Assembly: GCA_030141605.1 (NCBI GenBank)
Contig: JAQGDQ010000005.1
Coordinates: 248,001 to 312,000 of the forward strand
Source of the DNA: Tubiluchus corallicola
Lineage: Eukaryota; Animalia; Priapulida
Length of the DNA stretch: 64,000 bases
Direction: 5' to 3'
A program made the position numbers and the translations under genes. Below are positions 28,301-39,327 of this stretch, piece by piece; positions within the stretch are counted from its first letter, which is position 1; each line of letters opens with the position of its first letter. The notes under the pieces are model-generated. The model made no database searches and was not told the DNA's origin. It was given only the letters and a program-made list of their open reading frames with translations.

Positions 28301-31300
28301 GTTATGTAAGGCCACTCAGAGGGCAATTCAGATTCAAATTTAAATATTTAGTAATGCTGGCAATAAAACAAGACAATGACAGTTAATAATGTTCAAAATC
28401 ATAAGGTTAGTTGGTTAATGAGTTAGTCCACTGCAAAATGTATTTGCCGTTACCAGTTAGGTGTAACAACTTGCATATGTAATTAAATTATAAATACAAA
28501 GATGGGTCCAGTCATAACACATTGATATATTGAGGATCCAGGCATCCAGTCCCATTTAATATAACTCTGCCAATTTATCCCACATATACATGAAAATTTA
28601 ATAATAATTTTTATATCTAGATTTGAATATAAATTGGGGCGGGGCATTTCTTATTCCGTCTGGAATGCTGTTCGATATTTCAGCACCACAATGGGATGCA
28701 ATGACAATTACATTTTGTTCTAGTGTTATATGAGCGTATTTCTTGTTCTTAGTAAACTAATTTTGAAATAGTGAATGTAATAAATTATTTCCAAAATTTA
28801 TACATAAAAATACCTGTTTGTAGTTTGTTTATGTCCACAAGGTTCAACTGATTAACTGAGTTAAAAAGCAAAAGGCAAATCACCTTAAAATGAACTAAAA
28901 TTGGCAAATAAATTCCTGTTATTTTTTAGTTATTATTTAACTAATTTAGGTTTTAGAAAATTCTGTACCACAACTGTTTAACATAAAAATATCTATGCGT
29001 CAATGTTAACAGACTAATACTTAACTAATATTATTTTTGGCAGTTACATAGAACCAGGAAATAATCATTAATACACACTCAAGTCTCCTTCAAGCTAAAG
29101 CATCACAGGTATATATGCCATACAACCATGTAACATACCTCACAGAAAAGACGATCTGCTACCTTACTCAGTGAAAATCCATTGACTACAGCACCAGATG
29201 TTAGTTTCACCTCCTTAAATAAGTCCTGTAATTACAAGGTAAGACAATAAAACTAAATTTAAAGTACCGTTACTTATAATATATTACGGATAAGCATGAG
29301 TAATCGATTATTTGAAGCTTCGAATGTTTATAATTATTCGAATAATAAACTACTATTATTATCCTACGTATACTGTATTGAACGTATTCCGAATGCTACC
29401 TCCCTAATAAAAAATCTTGGCACTGAGCCAACATCATTGTTCCCGATAAAAACATACTGCCATTAGTATGCCCAAATTCATCATTTCCGCTCAACAATTA
29501 ACAAATACAGTGATACGGTAACTATTAACTGCATTAACTATTTTTACATGTGGGTTTCCATGATAAGCAAGGAAAGAAAATTATGCGAAATTCTTCCCCA
29601 CTCAAAATATTGTAAAAGCAACCAGTGCAAGACTACAGTGGACTCTCGTTATAAGAATCACCTCGGGAGAAGGCAAAGTGATTCTTATAACGAGCGATTC
29701 TTATAACGAGCATGACCCAGAATTGCTTTAAAAATTTTTTAATGCACATATTTTTTTTCCGAAATTCTGCTGGAGGTGACAGAAAACTCTACATCTACTG
29801 CTTGAAAAATATCGATAGCTTGCTTTGCTTCATTTCTCCTCTGGTGAGGCGGTCAATTTCGGCTCCCAACCATTTCAATTGAAGGTTGTCCTCAAAGCCT
29901 CGTGCCACCAATCCGAGTTTCAGCTTATTGAAGTGTTCCAACATTTCCTTACTTGTGGGGATTGCAACTTCCTCTTCATCATCGCTGCTGTCACTGTCGT
30001 TCTCTGCCTTCTCGGGGTGGAACTGTCTCGCCACTTCTTCGACAATGCTTTCGTCTGTCATCTTCTCAGTCACTTGAAGGTCAACATCGATGTCGATGAA
30101 TGCTTCCCACTGCTCCTGGGTAACATCCATTGGGGCGGACAGAGCAGAGTCATCGATTGCTGGATCTTTCACATCGCCGTCATCCAGTCCTCCTCGTCGC
30201 CAACAATTCACAATGGTTTCGGTTTTGACAGATTCCCAAGCAACTTTCAGGTTCATCAGCGCGTCCAGAACATTGATTTTGTTGGCGAGTGTCGTAGCAT
30301 CTGATGCGCTTCCGTTGTCAATCTCATTTAGCACGGCCATCACTATGCTGCGCCTGAAATGGGCTTTGAAAGCCCGAATGATGCCCTGGTCCAGTGGTTG
30401 CAAGAGAGATGTCGTGTTTGGCGGCAAGAATGCCAACTCGATGTTGTCAAGCTGCACTTTTGGATGGGCTGAACAGTTGTCCAACAGCAGCAGCACCTTC
30501 TCTCCCTTGCGTCAAAGTTCTTGATCCCACTCTTGAAGCCATTCAGTGAAAAGCTGGCCTGTCATCCACGCTGTTTTGTTAGCTCTGTAGCGTGCTGGCA
30601 GCTTCTTTATGCCAGTGAAGCATCATGGCTTAGAGCTCTTTGCAATGACGAAAGGAATTCTCTTCTCTCCCGTCCAGCTGACACAGAACAGAACAGTCAA
30701 ACGTTCTTTGCTCTTCTTCCCTCCAGCCTTCTTTTTGTCCTTGAGTACGAATGTGCTGTCTGGAAGGGCGCGATGATAGATGCCGGTCTCGTCACAGTTC
30801 CAGATTTGACGAGGAGCATACTTCTTGCGAAGTTCAGGCCACACATTCACTAGCCAGTCATCTTTCCCCTCTGCTTATCCAAAATCAATTCGGGAAACAT
30901 GATTTTGATTCTTATATTGAGCTGATTCTTATACGTGTGATTCTTGTAACGAGAGTCCACTGTAACAAGAACAATCAGCGAAACATCAGCAAACATAAAC
31001 ATTTACTATTCATCTCAAAGTATCTGAACTTCACAGAATTATTCTTAACCCAGGCTTGATGACATTGTGAGTTCAATTGAATTTTGTGTCAAGACCAAGT
31101 TCAGACCTTTCAGACTAGGCGAACTCAAGACTGAGGCCCAAGCCAACATCGACATCTAGAGCCTTGTTTCCTGGTGTATGCCAGAGTTAAAACCAGAGAA
31201 AACTACTGAGTCTCACGAAGACTGCAGCCAAGGTCAAGCCCAGAGCCATAACTTAGTTAACTATATACAACCAAAACAACTTTGAAGCTACAAATTTGTG

Positions 31301-33882
31301 CAAAAAACTAAAATTACCTGATACTTTGTTTGCAGTTGTGCATACTCTTTACTCTGTCGTAACTTATTGCGCAAAATATTCATTTTTGAGCAGTTTCCAG
31401 CTAATAGCTGTAAGAGACAAATAAGCATTTACAATGAATCACAAAATATAATACCAAACACAAATAATTACAATAATACAAAGACATAAAAATTTCAATT
31501 ACCATGTCATCATCGTGTGGCACAGTATGAACAGGAATTGGTTGCCAGGCAATTTTGTCACTCCATGGTTGTGACTTCGTGGAAGGGAAAAAGCCTGCCA
31601 AGTTGCTATAGGCACTCATCAGTGTTCTGTCCATATCAGTACTCCTGACATATAGCTAGAAAATGTAACAAACTAAAAATGTATTTTAAAACCAATGCTA
31701 AAGACTGAGGACACATGCACGTATTTGCAACAAACACAGATAGTAACCAGCTAGCAAAACTTGAAGTTTACAGAACCTAAACAGCCAACTAAGGTACCAC
31801 AAATGTTATACACTCAGACATACATACAAAAGACGTACATACATATATGAAGAAAATTAATATCTAATATAATCTAATAAATTATATTAGACAGATAAAG
31901 GGAATTACGTATTTTCCTGACATCACAGTGATAAGACAGACTGGTATTCAAGACCAAAAAGCATGATGCTAACTTAAAACAAACCTCTGTATTGATGTAC
32001 GTTTTGTTAAGCAAGCCATCATATCTTCTTCGTAACCACTGTCCTAAGGCATACTGCTGCATTATTCCCATCTAAATGTGGAATATGGAAAAAAATTGAA
32101 TCTAACCAACATAAATACAGTTACTAAACATTGTGACAATATAACACAAGTAGTAACAGCACTTGCATAAAAATAAGCACATACTTCACGAAAAATAAGA
32201 TGTATAATTAATTAATCATAGATGATGAATTTACGTTTTATTAAGCAATAAAGAAAGTGTGCAGTTCAAGCAATTTCACGTACTTGCCAAGGTGTGTAAA
32301 ACAGCTTTGCAGAAGCGAATGTGCAGCAGCAGCCAGCATTCCAGTGTGTAATGCTAATTGAATGAAATAAGCAATACTCTCATTCTGATAGCAATACTTG
32401 TCAGAAAAAGTCATTAAAAACAGACTGAAAAGGCAAAATTTTATTTTCAAACATGCCACCAGGATCACTATTGATAACAGGTTGTTTAATATAAAACTCA
32501 ACAGTCAGTCCTGTTTACTCTTACGCAATCTAATTTTCTTTTCTTTTATATTTTTAACAATATGTGCTACTCACAGAGGTCAGCTGTCCCCATCCTTGAG
32601 GCCATGTTGTTTCATCATATGGATCATTTGGAATGGGAATCTTGGTACCTCCAATCGGGCTTCTATCACCATGTCTGTACATCTGTCATGACAGATGGAA
32701 TATAAAAATTATGATAGACAAGAAAAAAGAAAGTACACGTAGTTGCAAGCCCAAGTGAAAGGTCGTAAAGTTTGAAAGTCCCCATAAAGATAAAAGTGAA
32801 CCTTGATATTCTAGGCCAAAAAATTATGCCAAAAATATTAGCAAACTTAACAAATAAAAGGTTCCAGTGTAGCAAAGGCCGCAAGGCGGTATTTTTCATT
32901 AAAGCGTTTATTAAAAATTTTTCGATAGTTTCAGCACATAGTGCTTTAGATAAAAACTGTAGCTTAAAATGTGTCAAAGGCAAACCTTATTCTTGGCATA
33001 AAATACACTAAAGCATTCACTGCAATTTACAGTCACTTTTTGCATGATTCGGTTCACAACACTCAAAAGCCTACCTGAGCTACCTCTAATATCAACTAGT
33101 TGTGGTAGAACTAGACCTTTTCTTCTAAGATATGGCACTACAATTTCGCTCAATAAAAGAATTAGCCAGAAGCAGTTTGGCTATGCAATAGATGAGAAGC
33201 AGTTTACTGCAGGTCAAGGACGATTTTAATTTAAACTATTCTTGATTTTTGCATCATTATAATTTTTCCTTAAGGCACATATCCATATGTTACGTTATTT
33301 ATTATTTATCAGTCTTCATTTAATGATGATTTACTCAACATTGCAACTTGCTGAAAGGGATTAGCGTATCAAGTGAGGGATTACCAAATAACAGTGTTGT
33401 TCTAATTAATCGGTTGCCTGTATCGGCGAAAAATGTGTGATCGGTTATGATCAGTTATCAGTTATCGGTTATGATTGTAATCATAATAAATAATTGGTAT
33501 TGGATCAGTTATCTGTTTTCAAGAAAAATGATAAATGGTTAGCAGATCGGCACCGGTTATAAATACATTTAACAACCAGTCATGTCTTCACTGTAGTAAC
33601 TTTTAATTATCATACAAACCTCTCTCTACTTTATCATCACCATTATAAAGCCCATTACATCTACTGTAGACACAGGGCAGGCAGAACTAAAAATAAAAGA
33701 AGTCTGCCCTCAAGATAGGTAAATTCAGCAGTAATCCAATAACTACAGTGCTAAATACAGTAACTTACCACATGTAGCAACTTTAAGGTATCGGAAGAAC
33801 CTGCAGAATGGACTGGAACCTCAGAAATTAGGCAATTCAAAACTGCTAATATCACTAGTAAAGCTAGCCAAGACTTATGCAT
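22362..33882 (-). CDS. ACP2: Lysosomal/prostatic-type acid phosphatase (histidine phosphatase branch 2), ACP2-like paralogue A; 11 coding exons, ~457 aa
   Basis: Exons (minus): 33882-33769, 32682-32575, 32071-31985, 31655-31503, 31407-31318, 29225-29139, 27224-27101, 26316-26228, 23773-23645, 23156-22952, 22549-22362. All GT-AG, frame continuous. Signal peptide ([20 protein letters not shown]), [40 protein letters not shown]|HD, TM helix, tail with YRML and an acidic cluster. In-frame ATGs at 33888, 33894 and 33939 are alternative starts. Confidence 0.95.
25837..25931. repeat. 31-bp perfect tandem repeat x3
   Basis: gcattagtgacttgtcgttatacttagttct at 25837, 25868 and 25899. Confidence 0.95.
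28126..28870 (-). mobile_element. 3' end of a CR1/L2-type LINE in intron 6 of phosphatase A
   Basis: Minus strand encodes [25 protein letters not shown] and [15 protein letters not shown] (typical ORF2 C-terminus). It ends in AATAAA followed by a short (ATTTG/ATTCT)n-type tail at 28126-28161. Confidence 0.65.
29636..30962 (-). mobile_element. Tigger/pogo-family DNA transposon, internally deleted, 1327 bp, in intron 5 of phosphatase A
   Basis: 26-bp TIRs CAGTGGACTCTCGTTA(T/C)AAGAATCAC at 29636-29661 and 30937-30962 with one mismatch. TA target duplication at 29634-35 and 30963-64. Subterminal GATTCTTATA repeats at both ends. GC content is higher than the flanking intron. Confidence 0.95.
29795..30860 (-). 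pseudogene. Tigger/CENP-B-like DDE_1 transposase pseudogene (DD29D), missing the N-terminal HTH, two in-frame TGA stops
   Basis: One frame: [74 protein letters not shown]. There are 29 residues between the second and third catalytic Asp. Confidence 0.93.
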
Positions 33883-34177
33883 GGCCATATGCATGGTTGA
33901 CTTGATCAAAGTCACAGAATGCCAACTGCACAGCAACATGCAGCGAAATTCAGTCACCTACTATTCATAATAAATGTATGAGTGTTATGGAGGCGAGCGA
34001 AATTGACTAAAGACTGACTAATGACAGCTTTTTGGAACCCGTGTCACTTAACTTACTTCTCAACCTTTATTAAATCTTTCAAGCCGTTATGCCACCACCT
34101 TTACCACTTTCACATCAATTATTCTCATCGTATATATTAATTTTGGTGGTATATATGTGTATGTATAACTGACGAGG

Positions 34178-34260
34178 CTACAGCTTCACCGACAGCGCCA
34201 TTTTGGGCGATCTATACATCAAATGAAAGGTCCGGACCCACAGATTTGCCATTGGCTGTT
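34178..34260 (-). promoter_or_regulatory. Candidate core promoter of phosphatase A (YY1-type motif and CCAAT box)
   Basis: Minus strand has AGCCAATGG (about 34249-34257) and AAAATGGCGC (34195-34204) at the edge of a CpG-richer stretch (about 34170-34700). A GT-AG intron at 34056-33958 would join this region to the first coding exon. Confidence 0.4.
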
Positions 34261-34849
34261 TATTTTTCGAATCGGGTCCACCGGGAAGAACGCGAAAACG
34301 CTCCAAAAAATGCCCTTGTTCGGCCATTTTTTGCAAAACTTATGCCTCTTATTTCTAGAGAATGGTAATGTACCCCAGGTCTGCTTGTAATGGTTAGATA
34401 GCCCATTCAACGGTGGATGTTATAGTCATATTTAGATTTCACGGGAGGGCCACAGCGTTTTCCCGGACCTAACCGCGCAAATTTTGAAGAAAACTGCTCA
34501 AACAGCCTCCAGAAAAATTCAATTTGTGCAACTGTTTGGGCGTGTTGAGAAAAAATAAGCACACTCGCAGAAAGAGGACGAAACAGTCCTTAAAATGTTG
34601 ATGATTTTGTTTCGTCACAGGTCCACTAGACGAAACGGGAAGGGTGTATTTCAAAGTTCTTTTTCAACCCCCCTAAGCTGCACGCTATTTAGAACATCGG
34701 TTGTCTTTGAGTTAGAGAAATTTTGTGGCTGTTCCAGGCATTGTTGTCACCAGCCGTTCTACAGTGTTATAGATTTTACATGTAAGTAAGTTGTGTTAGC
34801 CTATTATCATCTGAGAAGCAGCAAACAAAACTATGTAGAATGTCCGTGC

Positions 34850-35220
34850 ATTATTGGTGGGTGTTGTTTAGTGTAATCTGAGTGGTGTGGTGTTGATGAT
34901 GTGGTGTGGGTGATGAGGTGTGGATAATCTGGTGGGGTGGCAGGGTGTGGGCAGTGTGGTGTGGATGGTGTTGATGTAGTGTGGTGGGTGTGGGTGTGGT
35001 TTGTTGTGGGTGGTGAGGTGTTGTGGTATGGTGTGATGTGGTGTGGTGTGGGTAGTGTGCTGTGAGTGGAGCGGTGGGTTGGCGTGCTGTGAGTGGAGCG
35101 GGGGTTAGCGTGCTGTGAGTAGAGTGGCAGGCTGGCGTGTTGTAGTTGGTGTTGTGTTGCGGTATGATGTGGGAAGTATGGTGTGGTGTGGGTGGTGTGA
35201 TGTGGTGAGGGTTGTTGTTG
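34850..35220. repeat. G/T-rich low-complexity tract ((TGG)/(TGTGG)n with a ~22-bp repeat x3)
   Basis: Strong strand asymmetry. gtgctgtgagt(g/a)gag(c/t)gg is repeated three times at about 35057-35128. Confidence 0.9.
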
Positions 35221-35689
35221 TAAGTTCATGTGCAAAATTCTTTTACAGGGTTTTACCTAATTAATTATTAAAATCTTAAGCATTATTAAAATAATGTCAC
35301 AAGCCCGACTGCCATAATCCAAGGTCTTGCAAATATGAACATGGAATCACGGACATCTCCATATCAAGGTCTACTGATGTTCACGCAGATGCTTTAATCA
35401 GTACAAAGGACTGATTATCACAATCGAAAATTTTCTCACAAAGCTGAAGATAAGGTGATGGGACTCTAACACTACGAAACCTGGGCACTGCAACTTGTTT
35501 AAACTTGTGTCCACATCCATTGCTATCTATAGAAAATCAAAGGTCTAATTATTGCATCAAAATCAAGATCTTTTGGGCCAGCGTCTTCAAATGATAACAC
35601 AGTCGTTATACCCCCCTTGTTATAATACCAGCTTTGCTATAATGCTAACCTTCTGCTTGTCCAGATTTCCGTAATGTATTAAATATAGG

Positions 35690-35690
<1 letters not shown>

Positions 35691-35738
<48 letters not shown>
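35691..35738. repeat. (AAT)16 microsatellite
   Basis: Direct perfect run. Confidence 0.95.
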
Positions 35739-35740
<2 letters not shown>

Positions 35741-36089
35741 ACTCATATCTTGGCTTGCTGGACCTCCTTTTACGGATATCAGAAGAATTGGACAAAATAT
35801 CTGGACCGTTGAAAAGTCCCGCATACTACAGACACAGTCTGTTGTATCGTGAGCTGACCGCTAGTTGGCAGGCCATCACTTTGTTTGTACATCTTTACAT
35901 CAGTGTAACCATATCTCTATACATAAATATATAGATTCAATTATGCTGAACTATTTGAGTCAATTGCTGACAGTTTTTATATACTTTTGCATAGGAGTGG
36001 CCCATACTATTGTTTTTGAGACAATTGAGTCTGCACTACCTTGAGTCTAATATCGGTAGCTTAGTATCGGTAAATAAGAACAACCGATA

Positions 36090-36381
36090 AATTTAGACTG
36101 ACATCTCCCCACTTTTGTCCGGCAAACCGAGATATAAGTGTAGTTTTGTTTAGGACATAGTCTAGGGATAGTACCTTAAGTAACTCAATACTTATTTCCA
36201 AGGTAGTCCCGATTATTATTACCCACACCTTAGTTACTACGGAACTTCAATAAACCCACATGTTTGGATGGAGAACTAGCTGTACCATTTTTTGAGTCTT
36301 TGGTATGACTTGGTCAGGAATTGAATCCACGACCTCCGGGTGGAAAGCGAGTACGCTACCATTAAGCAATGCTACCCGGTC
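36090..36381 (-). mobile_element. tRNA-headed SINE
   Basis: Minus strand: gaccgggtagcatTGCTTAATGGtagcgtactcgctttccacccggaggtcgtgGATTCAATTCCtgaccaagtcataccaaagactcaaaaaatggtac. This is an A-box and B-box followed by a central block common in invertebrate SINEs. The 3' boundary is approximate. Confidence 0.65.
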
Positions 36382-37784
36382 AACTTTACCTATGCATCTG
36401 CGGTGCCAAAAGTCCCTTTTACATTATAAATCTACCCCGTTTCAATGCCAGCCAAGATAAAGCACGATGAATTGCTGATGAAAAACAGTCATTCTATTGT
36501 AAAAACAATGACAGCTGAACAGAAAAATAATTATGGTGTTTAAATTAAAAGATTTAGGTTTCGTAACAAGTGACAGCATGAAAGCGAATGTTGAGGTTTT
36601 GAGCAAGGAGCATTCATTTTAAGAATACAAGCGTTTCGTAGTTACGGTTCAGTACTGAACTGATGCGAATGTAACAGCTTTTACAACTCAAGGTCAAGTT
36701 ATGTGCGGCAGTTATTTATAGTCTTAATTATCCGTTAGTGTTACGTTGTGAATATGGGCCATGTGGCTACATATTTCTCTTATCAGTAGTTATCTAATTA
36801 ACCAGTATTTCACAAGATTGCTTTTCCATGTTGCGTTATGTAAAAAGTTTTGCAACGTACAACCATAGAACTACACCTGCAACGCACAGCCGTAAAAATG
36901 TACACTATAACATGTATTGTTGTAGGCATACTAATACTATACCATTTATCATATATCAAAATTAACTACGAAACAAAATCGAAGTTGTACAATAGAATGG
37001 CTTTCATATTTAAATGACTCTATAAAGGACTAATATTTAAACGTATTACCACCAACCCCGCTATAGCGCCATATTTAGTGGCGTTCCAGACCTGACGTTG
37101 TAAGAAGGTTTGATTGCATATCCACCAACTTGAAATTAGGTAAGCCAGTATGCCAGGCAATGTTGTTTAACAGGACATACCTCTGATTAAAATAAAGTAC
37201 ACGACTCACTTCCACGTTGTTAGCGGTTGTTACACATAACTTGACTTCTAAAATTAAGTACGCACCGAAATACGCCCGTGATTACTAAACATTACAACAA
37301 CTGGGCGACCATTTATACAATGATTTACTCTTATTAAGTTATTATAGTGTATGTTATAACTTAAATCTATTAATGTTATCGCATAATAGTAAATTTACAG
37401 TATTAATGATAAATTGGTTAGAAATTCCTTTGAAATTATTAGGACAATTTTCTGTATGTACACTACATGAATTAAATGTCTAAGAAGTCTTGGCTGCATA
37501 TTGCAAATTCAGGTTCATTCCGAGTTTTTGTAGCTCCGCCTGCCAACAAGCAATGAAGTGACACAGAACCAAATAGTACTAGCTATCTGTATTATAATAG
37601 TGGTAATGCTGACAACAAATGAACACAACACACATTCAGACATGTTTACAATAGTTTCCAAAATGATTGGTCAATGACAGCTCAACGGGCCATGTGATAA
37701 ATAGATTTACTTTTTATATAATGTGACTGACTTTCAATAACGAAATACGGCGATCAGGTTGTCTATCCATTTCACAAAACAGCC

Positions 37785-37956
37785 TAAAACCCATACTTTT
37801 TCTTTGGTACGTGTGGAGCCGGCAGTATCACGTCTAAGCCTCCAAAAACATTTCTCTATTTCAATAGCTTCAATACTGTCATGGGCAGATTCTAACTTTG
37901 AAGAAATAATGGCATTTGCACACATTTTACTAACAGGATTAATGACAAAATTAGCA
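37785..37956 (-). pseudogene. Partial, frameshifted duplicate of the neighbouring FAM183/CFAP144 gene
   Basis: NFVINPVSKMCANAIISSKLESAHDSIEAIEIE matches NFVINPLSKMYGNGIISSKPGSAHDSIKATEID. After a net +7-nt insertion the homologous frame reads LDVILPAPHVPKKKYGF* (intact gene: LDVILRAAQAPKKKYNFP). No N-terminal part is present. Confidence 0.85.
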
Positions 37957-38117
37957 CACATGCCAGCATTACATATACACTATACGCAAGTCCAAGCCAC
38001 ATTATCACAAATTAAGCTTCCAATTATACATTACCGGTTTAAGAACAAAACACTCATTTGCAGTAACCAAGTACTAATAATTAAATCTGAGCATTCTCTA
38101 CCAGAAGGCAAATTTTA

Positions 38118-38433
38118 ATCGAACAAAATAATTATGACTTTCGAATTTGAATCAAAGCGAATTTCAGTGTTTCAAATTCGAATAAAATTCGAATTGAGTT
38201 TGAAAGATTTTCGAACAAGTTTTCGAACCACCAGTAAAAAGCGATCTTACAAAAGTCTTAAATATTACTCGATTTTGTTCTGTAGTAAAACCACGAATAA
38301 ATTGGTTAAAGATTGTACACAAAAATCGTAGCTAAATTGTGCTAATTGCATGATGTTTCAAACGTTTTAATGACAAAGAGCGTATGTGGTTGAATTGCTG
38401 AATTATTCTAATCTATAATTTTAGGTTCAAATC
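38118..38433. mobile_element. Dispersed MITE-like repeat, copy 1 (inverted homologue at 51860-52057)
   Basis: 38231-38433 is reverse-complement similar to 51860-52057 (ccagtaaaaagcgatctt..agtaaaaccac..taattgcatgatgtttcaaac..tgtggttgaa..taggttcaaatc). TTCGAA-rich flanks. Confidence 0.7.
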
Positions 38434-38919
38434 AAAACACTCGCTGATGTTGCTTACTGTGTTTTTTACTTTACTATGCAATCGTTACAGCAGACAGCAT
38501 AGGTTATTCATATATACTACATTCATCTTATATATAGCTATATTATACAGACTACAGTTCAAGTCACACACCAGCATTAAGGACTACAAAGCCCATACCC
38601 CATGCAGATGGCTGTTATCACAAATTAAACTTGCAATTATACATTAATTATTAAAGCATTTCCAAAATTTACCAAAACTAAATTTTAACAAAGCTAAATC
38701 ATTAAGTACTGCTTGATTAATACATGCTAGTGTTAAAAAATAATGGCTGCAAAGTACAGTTTATATAACCGTCTAACTAACTATAACCCACCATATTAAG
38801 AGAAAACCTGTGTTACCAGTGCAAATTATATCATAACAAGCTCCTGTAACACGAATTTAACAGAACTTTGCTTTGCTTGGCTATACCAGCCTATCATTCA
38901 ACGACTATATAGTGCCGCC

Positions 38920-39327
38920 TTACTTAGAGGTCTTTACTTGCATCTTGAGCATTGCCACTGAATACTGAGTGATTTCAGTAGACTTTCGTGGAAAGTGTAA
39001 TTTTTTGTCTGCAACATCAGAATCAACATGAAGTAAAGGTTCTGTGTTCCAGCCAATTTCTTGTGATTCTGTTAATGGAAAATTGTACTTTTTCTTTGGT
39101 GCTTGGGCAGCCCGTAGTATCACATCTAAAAAATGTTCATCTATTTCAGTAGCTTTAATACTGTCATGAGCAGATCCTGGCTTTGAAGAAATGATGCCAT
39201 TTCCATACATTTTACTAAGAGGATTGATCACAAAATTGGTGGAATACTTTTGTGTCTGTTGTAGCTTCTTAGCCATTTCAATAAAAATTGCATTTTGATG
39301 AATAATGTTTTCTTCTTTTTCTGACAT
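38920..39327 (-). CDS. CFAP144: FAM183/CFAP144 family ciliary protein, 135 aa, single coding exon
   Basis: Contains IHQNAI..E..K...TQK....F.INP, KP.S.HD, FL..I.RAAQ.P.KKY..P.TESQEIGW..EPL, HFPRK..EIT.Y, which match recalled FAM183A motifs and length. Confidence 0.88.
   Translation of the reverse strand: MSEKEENIIHQNAIFIEMAKKLQQTQKYSTNFVINPLSKMYGNGIISSKPGSAHDSIKATEIDEHFLDVILRAAQAPKKKYNFPLTESQEIGWNTEPLLHVDSDVADKKLHFPRKSTEITQYSVAMLKMQVKTSK

Noticed and set aside
30512-30625. Selenocysteine or readthrough recoding of the two TGA codons
   Set aside because: The positions correspond to Arg/basic residues rather than Cys or Trp, the element lacks its N-terminus, and no SECIS was seen.
29825-31059. 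Plus-strand ORFs of 63-159 aa
   Set aside because: They are antisense shadows of the GC-richer transposase sequence.
33405-33570. ATCGGTT-rich repeats suggesting a hAT MITE end
   Set aside because: Too decayed to define TIRs or a target duplication.
34595-34790. Divergent plus-strand first exon ending at GTAAGT near 34781
   Set aside because: Only a donor-like site and a short ORF are present, and no downstream exons were identified.
34831-35235. 134-aa His/Thr/Pro-rich ORF
   Set aside because: It is the translation of a GT-rich low-complexity tract, with no domain or splice support.
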